Shown piece by piece: positions 8,664 through 17,952 of a DNA stretch of 64,000 nt (the stretch's first letter is position 1; each line of letters opens with the position of its first letter). The translations under genes were made by a program, and so were the position numbers. Origin of the DNA: Flavobacteriales bacterium (GTDB lineage: Bacteria > Bacteroidota > Bacteroidia > M30B66); NCBI GenBank assembly GCA_040403315.1, contig JBBAKX010000004.1, forward strand, positions 159,658 to 223,657. The letters are read 5' to 3'. The notes under the pieces are model-generated. The model saw only the letters and a list, made by a program, of their open reading frames with translations. It was not told the DNA's origin and ran no database searches.

Positions 8664-10724
8664 ATGGCAATGAATAGAATTATTTTCCTTTTGTTTTTCG
8701 CATTTTCAATTAGCATTTGCAGCAGCCAAAGCTATAATTACGATCAGGGTGTTGAAGCATACAATGATGGAAATATCGAATCAGCAGTTGAATACTTCAA
8801 CAGAGAAATAACCGATAATCCGAAGTCATATTATGCTTTATATTATAGAGCAAACATTTTTAACTTTCAGGAAAACTATTCCAGCGCACTGAGGGATATT
8901 AGTAATGTAATTAAATATATCCCATCCAAAGAGAAGAAGTTACTAGCTGTTTCTCATAGTATGCGGGGCGACATCTATTTCAAAATAGAGAATATAGATA
9001 AGGCTTTTGAAGAATACGCTACAGCGCTAAATGTAAATCCCAATGATGCTGACTTATATATTACAAGAGCGCAAAAATACTTCGAACTAAAGAAATACAA
9101 TTTAGCGGAGGTTGATTACAAAAAAGCGCTCAAAATGGATGAAACCATGGAAATAGCATATGCTGGATTAGGAAGAAACTATATCGTACAGTATAAATAT
9201 GCAGAAGCAGAGAGCGTATTGAATAAACTTGTGAAGCTTGCGCCAACCTATTCGATGGCATATAAATTCCGAGCTCGTTGCTATTATGAACAAAAGAAAT
9301 ACACTGAAGCAATAGAAGAAATTTTTACAGCATTTTCGTTAGATGAAGAAGATAATTTTCTACGCGAAACACTGATTCTATACTCGGAAGAAAATGCTGT
9401 GCTTGCAATTTCTAAAGTAAATAGTAAAATTATTGAACAACCAGAGAAATCGACATGGTATTATCTACGTTCAAGAATTAATTACGATGCAAACGAATTC
9501 AAAAAGGCGATCGATGACATTAATAAACTACTTGAAATAGAAGACGAAAATTATAGATCTAGCTTTTTAACATACAAAGGGAAATGCTTGTTAAACATAG
9601 GGTTGTACGAACAAGCTATTGAAATTTATTCAGAAGCAATACTACTCGATTCAAGTGATGCAGAAAACCACAGCAAAAGAGGAGATGCAAAACGATTAAA
9701 AGGTGATTATGAAGGAGCTATAGCAGATTTTACAAATGCTATTCAACTTGATCCTACGTCCTCATTTTATTATTACAGAAGAGGGTGGGTATCTGAGGAA
9801 TTCATGAATAATACAGAAGCTGGACTCAACGATTACAATCAATCTATTCAGTTAGATAAAAATTATGCTTACACCTATTTACATCGAGGACGGTTATATG
9901 AAAAGAAATTAAACAATCGCGCTAAAGCCACGGAAGACTATTCTGCCATTTTAGGCATTGATACAACAGTAAGTAATGGTGGAAATTGCAAGCAATATGC
10001 ACTATTTCATCTAGGCAGAAACAATGAAGCTATAGAATGGATGAGCAAGATATTAGATGAATACCCTACAGATGGTAATTATTATGATGCTGCCTGTTTG
10101 TATTCATTACTTAATAAATCCGATGAATCAATAGCTTTTCTTAAAGAAGCATTTGAAAAAGGATATGTAGATCTCATCCACTTAAGTAAGGACGACGATT
10201 TAGACAATACTAGAAAATCAAGTGCATTTAATTCGCTCATTGAGGAATGGACGAAGAAAATTGAAGAAAAAAATAAAACGGAAAAAATTGAACAAAGCGG
10301 AATAAAGAATGTGAAAGAAGAAACCGTTTCTGTTCCGATGAAAGCGAGAGGAGCAAATACCTACGAAGTTTCATGCAAAATAAACGGACTTGGTTTAAAT
10401 CTAATTTTCGATACGGGAGCAAGTGACATCTCTATCTCGCAAACAGAAGTGCAGTTTATGCTAAAAAATGGGTACTTAAATTACAACGACATTACAGGAA
10501 CCCAAAAGTATATGGATGCCAATGGAGATATAGAAGTTGGAACAACACTCGTTTTCAAAAATGTAGACTTTGGAGGACTTGTTCTTAAGAATGTCAAAGC
10601 ATCTGTTGTAAACAATAAGAATGCGCCACTTCTATTTGGCCAAAGTGCACTCAGCAAATACGGTAAAATCACCATTGATAACGAGAAAAAGCTCATAACA
10701 ATAACAAAGAAAACCACATTTTAG
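8664..10724 (+). CDS. secreted TPR-repeat protein with C-terminal retropepsin-like (clan AA) aspartyl protease domain
   Basis: Signal peptide. Multiple TPR-like Y/A-rich repeats. C-terminal IFDTGASDISIS active-site motif plus a second ...LLFGQSAL... half, typical of bacterial retropepsin-like proteases. Confidence 0.7.
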   Translation: MAMNRIIFLLFFAFSISICSSQSYNYDQGVEAYNDGNIESAVEYFNREITDNPKSYYALYYRANIFNFQENYSSALRDISNVIKYIPSKEKKLLAVSHSMRGDIYFKIENIDKAFEEYATALNVNPNDADLYITRAQKYFELKKYNLAEVDYKKALKMDETMEIAYAGLGRNYIVQYKYAEAESVLNKLVKLAPTYSMAYKFRARCYYEQKKYTEAIEEIFTAFSLDEEDNFLRETLILYSEENAVLAISKVNSKIIEQPEKSTWYYLRSRINYDANEFKKAIDDINKLLEIEDENYRSSFLTYKGKCLLNIGLYEQAIEIYSEAILLDSSDAENHSKRGDAKRLKGDYEGAIADFTNAIQLDPTSSFYYYRRGWVSEEFMNNTEAGLNDYNQSIQLDKNYAYTYLHRGRLYEKKLNNRAKATEDYSAILGIDTTVSNGGNCKQYALFHLGRNNEAIEWMSKILDEYPTDGNYYDAACLYSLLNKSDESIAFLKEAFEKGYVDLIHLSKDDDLDNTRKSSAFNSLIEEWTKKIEEKNKTEKIEQSGIKNVKEETVSVPMKARGANTYEVSCKINGLGLNLIFDTGASDISISQTEVQFMLKNGYLNYNDITGTQKYMDANGDIEVGTTLVFKNVDFGGLVLKNVKASVVNNKNAPLLFGQSALSKYGKITIDNEKKLITITKKTTF

Positions 10725-10829
10725 GCTTACGCATCATCATGCAAATAAAGTGTAGAGTCCAGAAACTACAGTAATAAACGGGGCGGTTCTGAAAAGCCAA
10801 ACGAGTAAGAAACAAAAACACATTTTAAA

Positions 10830-11192
10830 ATGAAAAGAAATTTCTTAGTACTTATAGGGCTTGCCTTAATTTTATCAAGTTGCGGAATACACAATGGACT
10901 AACTAAAAACATTAATAATCACACAACAGAAGTTGTTTTATCAAAGAATAATTTCAAGGTGCTAGAAAGTGTTCAAGGAGAATCACAAGCGACATACATA
11001 TTGGGCATTGGCGGGCTTTCTAAAAATGCGCTGGTATCAGCAGCAAGGGCTAACATGCTTTCTAAAGCGAATATCGTAGGTGGATCTAAAGCAATCATTA
11101 ACGAAACAGTAGAAATTAAACATTCAATATTCCCTTTCTACCGCAAATACAAAGTCACAGTTTCAGGTCATGTTGTAGAATTCACGCAATAG
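10830..11192 (+). CDS. small lipoprotein (120 aa)
   Basis: Signal peptide ending in a lipobox (LSSCG). Confidence 0.55.
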   Translation: MKRNFLVLIGLALILSSCGIHNGLTKNINNHTTEVVLSKNNFKVLESVQGESQATYILGIGGLSKNALVSAARANMLSKANIVGGSKAIINETVEIKHSIFPFYRKYKVTVSGHVVEFTQ

Positions 11193-11238
11193 AATAGAGT
11201 CGTTTAATTTCTTTGTTAAAAATCATAAAATCAGTTTA

Positions 11239-11652
11239 ATGAAAAAGACATTCTTAATCCTATTTACAGCAGGTATTTCACTTACCTGCTATGGTCAAGT
11301 AACCTATTCAAAAGATATATTTGGCAATGTGGTAGCTTCTGATCCTGTTGGAAACCAGGCCACCTATTCTAGTGATATATTTGGAAATATTCAGTACCAA
11401 AATAATTCTGGAACAAACGGGACATTCTCGAAAGATATTTTTGGAAACACGACCTATCAAGACAATCAGGGCACAAGTGGCACATATTCGAAAGATATTT
11501 TCGGGAATACAAACTACCAGGACAACAATGGAACCAGAGGCACTTACACGAAAGATATTTTTGGCAATACAAATTATCAAGACATTAAAGGGAATAGTGG
11601 CACCTATTCAAAAGATATTTTTGGGAACACTGTTTTCACTCCACGAAAATAG
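11239..11652 (+). CDS. secreted tandem-repeat protein (about 6-7 copies of a 20-aa G-T-x-G-T-Y-S-K-D-I-F-G-N-T-x-Y-Q-D-N repeat)
   Basis: Signal peptide, then repeated YSKDIFGN units. The underlying DNA is a 60-bp tandem repeat. Confidence 0.6.
   Translation: MKKTFLILFTAGISLTCYGQVTYSKDIFGNVVASDPVGNQATYSSDIFGNIQYQNNSGTNGTFSKDIFGNTTYQDNQGTSGTYSKDIFGNTNYQDNNGTRGTYTKDIFGNTNYQDIKGNSGTYSKDIFGNTVFTPRK
11293..11630. repeat. Intragenic 60-bp tandem repeat array encoding the YSKDIFGN repeats
   Basis: Repeated aaagatatttttggnaa... units, each followed by a variable ~40-nt spacer. Confidence 0.6.
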
Positions 11653-11671
11653 CTCCAATTTATATTTGATT

Positions 11672-11718
11672 AAAACGGGTTTAGTTACGATTCAATGTAA
11701 CTAAACCCGTTTTTTTTA
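11672..11718 (+). terminator. Rho-independent terminator
   Basis: Perfect 17-bp inverted repeat (aaaacgggtttagttac / gtaactaaacccgtttt) with a 9-nt loop, followed by a T7 tract. Confidence 0.8.
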
Positions 11719-12041
11719 TTTCAAATTGTTTTCTTCGATTTGTTAAAATTGATCAAATTGGGATTCTGTTTTCTTTACTTCAAAATCTTGAAAAGATGAG
11801 CTTCATACTACAATAAATCTATGACCATATCGATATGATCTTTCGAGCTCATTGAAAAACAAAAGATCTAACTCAATAATCCAGAATAAAAAATTCGTGC
11901 GTCTGTAACTTTTTATCGGCATATCACACCCACTAACCATACATTCATTCCGTTTCAGCAAAATAAATTCGTCATTACCAAACTTTTCGATCATCTCCCA
12001 GAAATAATCCCGAGTTTTACTTCGCCATTTTAACTTTCAAT

Positions 12042-14366
12042 ATGCCAACAATAAAAAGGATACTTTTGCTAATCAGCTTTTTATCGCCTATCTGGTCGAT
12101 TGCTCAGCAAAAATTCAGTATCAACGGAACGATTAAAGATGCAACATCTGGAGAAGAGCTCATTGGAGCAGCAGTTCTTGTAAAAGAGATGCCCGGAACA
12201 GGCGTTGTTGCGAACGCATACGGTTTCTATTCAATAGAACTTCCAACGGGCGAATACACTATGAGATTTCAGTACACTGGATATGAACTGAAGGAGCAAA
12301 AAGTTAAACTAGATAAAAACTTCAAACTAAATATCGAGTTAAAGCCCCGGAATTCTGAGCTGAAGGAAGTAGAAATTACTGCAGAAAAACCAGATGCAAG
12401 TCTCTCAAGGGTAAGCATGGGTGTAGAAAAACTCACAGCCAAAGAGATTAAGATGATTCCAGTTTTGTTCGGGGAGACCGACTTGCTAAAAACATTGCAA
12501 CTACTTCCAGGTGTTAAAAGTGCAGGCGAAGGAAATACAGGTTTTTTCGTACGAGGTGGTAGTGCAGATCAGAACCTTATTCTACTTGACGAGGCGCCAG
12601 TTTACAATGCCTCTCACCTACTCGGATTTTTCTCAGTGTTCAATTCTGATGCAGTAAAGGAAGCCACATTATACAAAGGCACAATGCCCACAGAGTTCGG
12701 TGGCCGGATGTCGTCTGTGTTAGATGTTAAAATGAATGAGGGAAATCAGAAAAAACTCAATGTACTTGGCGGTGTAGGTTTAATTGCTTCAAGATTAACA
12801 GTAGAAGCACCAATTTTAAAAGACAAAAGCTCTTTTACTGTATCCGCAAGACGCACATATGCTGATGTATTCTTGAAATTGTCGGCAGATACCAACCTCA
12901 GAAAATCTACACTTTATTTCTACGATTTAAATGCAAAATTTAACTACAAAATCAGCGATAAAGACCGCATATTCGTAAGTGGATATTTTGGTCGCGATAA
13001 TTTCGGATTTTCAGACCAATTTAGGTTCGACTGGGGAAATGCAACTGGAACCGTAAGATGGAATCACCTTTTTTCTGAAAAATTATTTTCAAATACTTCA
13101 TTAATTTTTAGTGATTATAATTACAAAATTAAATTATCCGCATCCGATTTCGATATTTCTATTGGATCTACCATTAGAGACTGGAATGTAAAACAAGATT
13201 ACCAGTATTTCATGAACAACAAGAGCACACTGAAATTTGGTTGGAATTCGATATACCACACCTTTATGCCTGGTGAAGTGGATGGGGCAGACTTTATTGA
13301 AAATCTTACCAACGAAAAAAGATATGCCTTAGAAAATTCCATTTACATTTCTCACCAATACCAATTCAATAAAAAATTATCAATCGATTACGGCCTCCGC
13401 GTTGGCTCATTTAGCTACATCGGCCCAGTTACCGTTTATGAATTCGATAATGATGGCAATGTTTCCAGCGAAAGGAGTTCCCAAAAAGGAGAGTTCATTA
13501 AAACGTATATCAATCCTGAACCTCGCCTAAGCATTAATTACCGAATAGATAGTTTGCAATCCATCAAAGGTGGATACAGCAGAACCGTTCAGAATTTGCA
13601 TTTGCTCAGCAATACCACTTCTGGAAATCCTACAGATATTTGGATACCTAGTTCTAACAATGTAAAAGCAGAATTAGGAGATCAATATTCGGCAGGTTAT
13701 TTCAGAAATTTGAAGGACAATAAATTCGAAGTTTCAGCAGAAACATATTATAAGTGGATGAACAACCAAATCGACTACCGAAATGGTGCTGAATTGATCC
13801 TAAATCAAGAAGTAGAAGGTGAATTGGTTTACGGAACAGGAAGAGCGTATGGCTTGGAATTGTTGCTTCGTAAAAAAACTGGAAAACTTACCGGTTGGGT
13901 TGGTTACACCTTATCTCGCACGGAACGAAAATTCGAAGAAATTAACGACGAGAATTATTTTGCTGCCAAGCAAGACAGAACCCACGATTTAACCATCGTA
14001 GCCATGTATGAATTAAATAAAAAATGGGCTTTATCGGCAAATTTCGTGTATTACACTGGCAATGCTGTTACTTTCCCAAGTGGTAAATATGAAATAGATG
14101 GGCAAGTGGTAAACTATTATTCCGAAAGAAATGGTTACAGAATGCCTGCCTATCATCGATTAGACTTCGGTGCAACATACTACCGCAAAAGAACCGATAC
14201 TTATGAGTCAAGCTGGTCGTTCAGTTTATACAATGCATACGGACGAGAAAACGCGTACACAATCAGCTTCCGCGAAAGCGATACCAATTCGGGCAAATCA
14301 GAAGCTTATCAATTATCTCTTTTTAGATGGATCCCATCTATCACTTATAACTTCCATTTCAAATGA
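12042..14366 (+). CDS. TonB-dependent outer-membrane receptor (CarboxypepD_reg-like N-domain + plug + beta-barrel)
   Basis: Signal peptide. N-terminal FSINGTIKD...GAAVLVKE carboxypeptidase-regulatory-like domain. Plug motifs (TDLLKTLQLLPGV, FVRGG, ILLDEAPVYN). Terminal aromatic residue. Confidence 0.85.
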   Translation: MPTIKRILLLISFLSPIWSIAQQKFSINGTIKDATSGEELIGAAVLVKEMPGTGVVANAYGFYSIELPTGEYTMRFQYTGYELKEQKVKLDKNFKLNIELKPRNSELKEVEITAEKPDASLSRVSMGVEKLTAKEIKMIPVLFGETDLLKTLQLLPGVKSAGEGNTGFFVRGGSADQNLILLDEAPVYNASHLLGFFSVFNSDAVKEATLYKGTMPTEFGGRMSSVLDVKMNEGNQKKLNVLGGVGLIASRLTVEAPILKDKSSFTVSARRTYADVFLKLSADTNLRKSTLYFYDLNAKFNYKISDKDRIFVSGYFGRDNFGFSDQFRFDWGNATGTVRWNHLFSEKLFSNTSLIFSDYNYKIKLSASDFDISIGSTIRDWNVKQDYQYFMNNKSTLKFGWNSIYHTFMPGEVDGADFIENLTNEKRYALENSIYISHQYQFNKKLSIDYGLRVGSFSYIGPVTVYEFDNDGNVSSERSSQKGEFIKTYINPEPRLSINYRIDSLQSIKGGYSRTVQNLHLLSNTTSGNPTDIWIPSSNNVKAELGDQYSAGYFRNLKDNKFEVSAETYYKWMNNQIDYRNGAELILNQEVEGELVYGTGRAYGLELLLRKKTGKLTGWVGYTLSRTERKFEEINDENYFAAKQDRTHDLTIVAMYELNKKWALSANFVYYTGNAVTFPSGKYEIDGQVVNYYSERNGYRMPAYHRLDFGATYYRKRTDTYESSWSFSLYNAYGRENAYTISFRESDTNSGKSEAYQLSLFRWIPSITYNFHFK

Positions 14367-15211
14367 GAAATTCAATATTTGCAATTGTTTCCATATTGGG
14401 CCTGATTTCATTTTCTAGTTGCGAAAAAGTAATCGACATCGATCTTAAAGAAAGCGATAATAAACTCGTAATCGAAGGCAAATTAAACAATGACGGAGAA
14501 TGTACAGTTAAGCTTACGCAAGTAAAAAACTACGATCAAGACAATGAATTCCCTGGCGTTGACGATGCCATTGTAGTGATCTTCGACGATTTGGGCAACC
14601 TAGACACACTTGAACAAGGAATCGCAGGCATGTTTTACTCTGAAGAAATTATTGGCACTCCAGGAGTAACCTATTCGCTTAATGTATTTTGGAACAACAA
14701 TAACTACACTTCGGTTTGTAAAATGCCAGAATTGGTTGCAATTGATTCACTATCGTTAAGAAAAGAAGTGTTTTTTTTTGACACAACTACCATTGCGATC
14801 GTTCATTTCAACGACCCAGGTTCAGAAAATAATTATTACAGATATCTTTACACTATAAATGCTACACTCAACAAAGACTATAATGTTGAAAGTGATAGAT
14901 TCTATAATGGTTTAACCGTAGAAACAAGAATTCCAATATTTAATGGAGGACCGAATAGTGGGCCCGGAGGAGGAGGTCCTGGAGGCCCCGGTAATATAGG
15001 ACCTGGACCAATAAACCCAGATACTTTAAGATTAGAAATGTGGGGAATTGACCAATCAATGGAACTCTACTACCGAACATTATCAGCATCTATTGATGCC
15101 GGTTCCGGACAACAAGCTGCACCTGCAAATCCTGAAAGTAACATCACTGGAGGTGCGTTGGGGTATTTTTCTGCATATTCAATCAGTAAAGCGTCTATCC
15201 TCATCGAATAA
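14363..15211 (+). CDS. DUF4249-family lipoprotein (usual partner of this TonB-receptor class)
   Basis: Overlaps the receptor stop by 4 nt. Lipobox SSC. N-terminal IDIDL...VIEGKL pattern. Contains a Gly/Pro-rich low-complexity insert (GGPNSGPGGGGPGGPGNIGPGP). Confidence 0.6.
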   Translation: MRNSIFAIVSILGLISFSSCEKVIDIDLKESDNKLVIEGKLNNDGECTVKLTQVKNYDQDNEFPGVDDAIVVIFDDLGNLDTLEQGIAGMFYSEEIIGTPGVTYSLNVFWNNNNYTSVCKMPELVAIDSLSLRKEVFFFDTTTIAIVHFNDPGSENNYYRYLYTINATLNKDYNVESDRFYNGLTVETRIPIFNGGPNSGPGGGGPGGPGNIGPGPINPDTLRLEMWGIDQSMELYYRTLSASIDAGSGQQAAPANPESNITGGALGYFSAYSISKASILIE

Positions 15212-15288
15212 CCATGAATCGAAAGGAATAGAAACAAGCTATGCTTTGGGATAATAATTGCGGATGATAAATTTATATTATTAAATAG

Positions 15289-15325
15289 ATTAACATGGAT
15301 ATTTAACCACTAAATATCCATGTTA
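15289..15325. terminator. Bidirectional hairpin between convergent genes
   Basis: Perfect 16-bp inverted repeat ttaacatggatattta / taaatatccatgttaa with a 5-nt loop. It overlaps the stop of the minus-strand gene. Confidence 0.55.
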
Positions 15326-15801
15326 ATTTGGTTTCCCATCGACTCCATTAATACTGGGCGAATTAAACTAAAAAGCAATACATGCATAAATTCAGTTTGT
15401 ATAGGCATTGCTCCAAACTGTTGAATAGTTAATATCGACTTCATGCCTGAAATGCTGATTCCATAAGACAATAATTCGTCACCATCAACAGATAAAACAT
15501 ACTCAACAAGTGGTCTATTTACTACTTTAATTTCAATTTTCTGTTTACCCGAAGTTCCTTGCCATACCGACTTCCACCATCGAGTTGCAGAAAGACTTAA
15601 CAAAACAGTTTGCTTACTATCTTTCACTTGAATGGAACTCCGAAACATACCAGCAATGTTTAAGCTGAATATTTCATTGTTTTCAATATTAAACACTGAT
15701 ATTTTGTGCGCTAAATTTTCAAACTTTACCAGAAGGGAAACACCTTTCTCAGGCGCAAATTCATAATAATTAAATTTTATTCGTTTCCAAGAATTTTTCA
15801 T
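15310..15801 (-). CDS. hypothetical protein (163 aa), last gene of the minus-strand operon
   Basis: ORF starts 2 nt after the upstream stop. No known motif. Confidence 0.5.
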   Translation of the reverse strand: MKNSWKRIKFNYYEFAPEKGVSLLVKFENLAHKISVFNIENNEIFSLNIAGMFRSSIQVKDSKQTVLLSLSATRWWKSVWQGTSGKQKIEIKVVNRPLVEYVLSVDGDELLSYGISISGMKSILTIQQFGAMPIQTEFMHVLLFSLIRPVLMESMGNQINMDI

Positions 15802-15803
15802 AA

Positions 15804-16313
15804 TTATTCTGATTTTAAAAAACTGTTTCCAAGTCGTTGAATAGATAATTGCAATAATTTTTGCAACGGTTGTTCGAAATCAGCACGATAATCTTCGTCA
15901 ATTCTCTTCAAATTAGATTGAGCTTTATCTAAGCAGCGAAAAATCACTTTGGCCAATGCTTGATATTTAAATTCAGCTCTCCAATGCTCATGAAATTGCT
16001 CAACTAAGTAAAGCAACAATTCCGTTTCGCCTTGCTTGTTAGATGTGAATCGGTAATATTTAGATACAATTCTAAGCGATTTTCTGATCGACTTTGTTAG
16101 ATAATAAGGATGTTGAAAAGGCAGAGTAAATATATCAACCAATTCGGGTTTCAATTTTTGAGCATAAAACAAAGGGTCATCGGCATCAAAAATTAAATAG
16201 GCCAATAATTCTTTATTTTCCCGCTTTAATTTTGCAACCCTTAAACACAATTTTATTAAATCTGGTTTACTTAATTCGGAAAGTTCTTTTTTTAAATCAC
16301 TCAACTTTTCCAT
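15804..16313 (-). CDS. hypothetical helical protein (about 170 aa)
   Basis: ATG at 16313 lies 1 nt after the stop of the upstream mini-gene. The track shows a TTG-extended version ending at 16322. No known motif. Confidence 0.5.
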   Translation of the reverse strand: MEKLSDLKKELSELSKPDLIKLCLRVAKLKRENKELLAYLIFDADDPLFYAQKLKPELVDIFTLPFQHPYYLTKSIRKSLRIVSKYYRFTSNKQGETELLLYLVEQFHEHWRAEFKYQALAKVIFRCLDKAQSNLKRIDEDYRADFEQPLQKLLQLSIQRLGNSFLKSE

Positions 16314-16314
16314 C

Positions 16315-16485
16315 TTACTCAAGATTTTGATTCTTCTTAGGCAAACGTGCCGTCTTTTTTAAGGCTTCACGTAAAATCCATTCCAATTGTCCGTTGGTAC
16401 TTCGAAACTCATCAGAAGCCCATTTTTCAACAGCTTTAAGCATATCTTCATCGAGTCGTAAAACAAATGGTTTCTTCTTACTCAT
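16315..16485 (-). CDS. Arc/MetJ-type ribbon-helix-helix DNA-binding protein (56 aa; below the ORF-track length cutoff)
   Basis: Manual translation of the minus strand gives MSKKKPFVLRLDEDMLKAVEKWASDEFRSTNGQLEWILREALKKTARLPKKNQNLE. The pattern is basic N-terminus, beta-strand (PFVLRL), then two helices, typical of Arc-family RHH proteins. The ATG overlaps the upstream stop as TAATG. Confidence 0.55.
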   Translation of the reverse strand: MSKKKPFVLRLDEDMLKAVEKWASDEFRSTNGQLEWILREALKKTARLPKKNQNLE

Positions 16486-16967
16486 TACAAATTCATTTTT
16501 TCTCGAATTTCTAATAAGGCTAATTCTAATTTCTGAGGCTCTGCAGTTCCAATGAGCAATTTTTTACCCGATTTAAAGGTAATTTGTAAACCAATATCAC
16601 CCGATACATTAAAAGCCTTATTGTTTTTTGTACCCTTAATGCCCCAGCCTCCAAATTCTCTCAATGGTTTGTATTTTCTCAGTTCTAAACTTTCAATATC
16701 TGCCCATAAATAAACTTTGGGCTTTAAATGAAATGGGACAAATCGAACAATTATGCTCTCCTTTTCAATTCTCACATAAAGAAATGAAAGTATCAAAAGA
16801 AAAATGGAAAGGACAATGATCACTGAAATAACGATCAGCCCCATCCAATCACCTTTCCCTTTATTTAGATTTATCAATCCTAAAATAATAGCAACCACCA
16901 TTCCCGGAATACCCAGTAAAGCAATCGAATTGCTTCTTAACATTTGCTTTTCCTCAAAAAACAGCAT
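16485..16967 (-). CDS. bacterial PH-domain (bPH_2/YdbS-YdbT-like) membrane protein
   Basis: Two N-terminal TM helices followed by a ~100-aa domain with the pattern of membrane-tethered bacterial PH domains. Confidence 0.45.
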   Translation of the reverse strand: MLFFEEKQMLRSNSIALLGIPGMVVAIILGLINLNKGKGDWMGLIVISVIIVLSIFLLILSFLYVRIEKESIIVRFVPFHLKPKVYLWADIESLELRKYKPLREFGGWGIKGTKNNKAFNVSGDIGLQITFKSGKKLLIGTAEPQKLELALLEIREKMNL

Positions 16968-16978
16968 AGAATTCGAAT

Positions 16979-17830
16979 TTAATTATTCAATGTGCCTGCA
17001 TTGATCACAGGACTTGCAGAGCGTTCGGAGCATAAAACCACCAATAAATTGCTCACCATTGCAGCTTTTCGTTCTTCATCTAATTCGATAATCTGTTTTT
17101 GCGACAGTTTTTCTAGCGCCAATTCTACCATACCTACAGCACCCTCAACGATTTTTGTTCGGGCAGCAACAACTGCAGTTGCTTGTTGACGCTGAAGCAT
17201 TGCTTGTGCAATTTCTGGCGAATAAGCTAAATTCGAAATCCTTGCTTCAATTACCTTAATCCCAGCAATGATTAGCCTTTCAGATAGCTCATGCTCAAGT
17301 TGAAGATTTATTTCATCTCCACCTGATCTCAAACTTAATTCGGTATGCGCGTCATCAAAAGTGTCGTACGGATAAGTTCCTGCCAGCTTTCGAATGGCCG
17401 ATTCACTCTGCATTTTGACAAACATTTCATAGCTATCAACTTCGAAGGCTGCCGAATAAGTGTCTTGCACTTTCCAAACCAACACTACACCAATCATCAC
17501 AGGGTTTCCGAGCTTGTCATTCACTTTAATTGGTTGCGATTCGTTGTTTCTGGCTCTAAGCGAAATTCTCTTCTTTACATAAAACGGATTCACCCAGAAA
17601 AAACCATTGTCTTTCACAGTCCCAGTGTATGACCCGAAAAGAACCATCACCATCGATTCGTTTGGATTCACAACCGTTAATCCGATTAGCAAAAAGCACC
17701 CTAGAATCGGAAGCACAATTGCTGGAACCATAGAAAAAGCTGCCAGCAAGTAAATACCTACACCTAATAATATTAAAGCTAAACTCATCATTAGCGCACC
17801 TTTTGTGGGCTTCATTTCTTTCTCTTTCAT
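16979..17830 (-). CDS. SPFH/band-7 (stomatin/flotillin-like) membrane protein
   Basis: N-terminal TM. SPFH core (GFFWVNPF...IGVVLVWKV). C-terminal coiled-coil region with QAMLQRQQA. Confidence 0.75.
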   Translation of the reverse strand: MKEKEMKPTKGALMMSLALILLGVGIYLLAAFSMVPAIVLPILGCFLLIGLTVVNPNESMVMVLFGSYTGTVKDNGFFWVNPFYVKKRISLRARNNESQPIKVNDKLGNPVMIGVVLVWKVQDTYSAAFEVDSYEMFVKMQSESAIRKLAGTYPYDTFDDAHTELSLRSGGDEINLQLEHELSERLIIAGIKVIEARISNLAYSPEIAQAMLQRQQATAVVAARTKIVEGAVGMVELALEKLSQKQIIELDEERKAAMVSNLLVVLCSERSASPVINAGTLNN

Positions 17831-17952
17831 TTGATATTATTTTGATATTACAAATGTATCACAATAAATCGCAATCCTGCAAGAAAATTCTTCATCAAAG
17901 CTTTAGATTAAGAATAGACGACTTTCAACCATGAATTCCTATCTTCGCCGAC

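Noticed and set aside
11803-11994. 63-aa minus-strand ORF upstream of the TonB receptor
   Set aside because: No motif. It lies in the likely promoter region of the receptor gene and is probably spurious.
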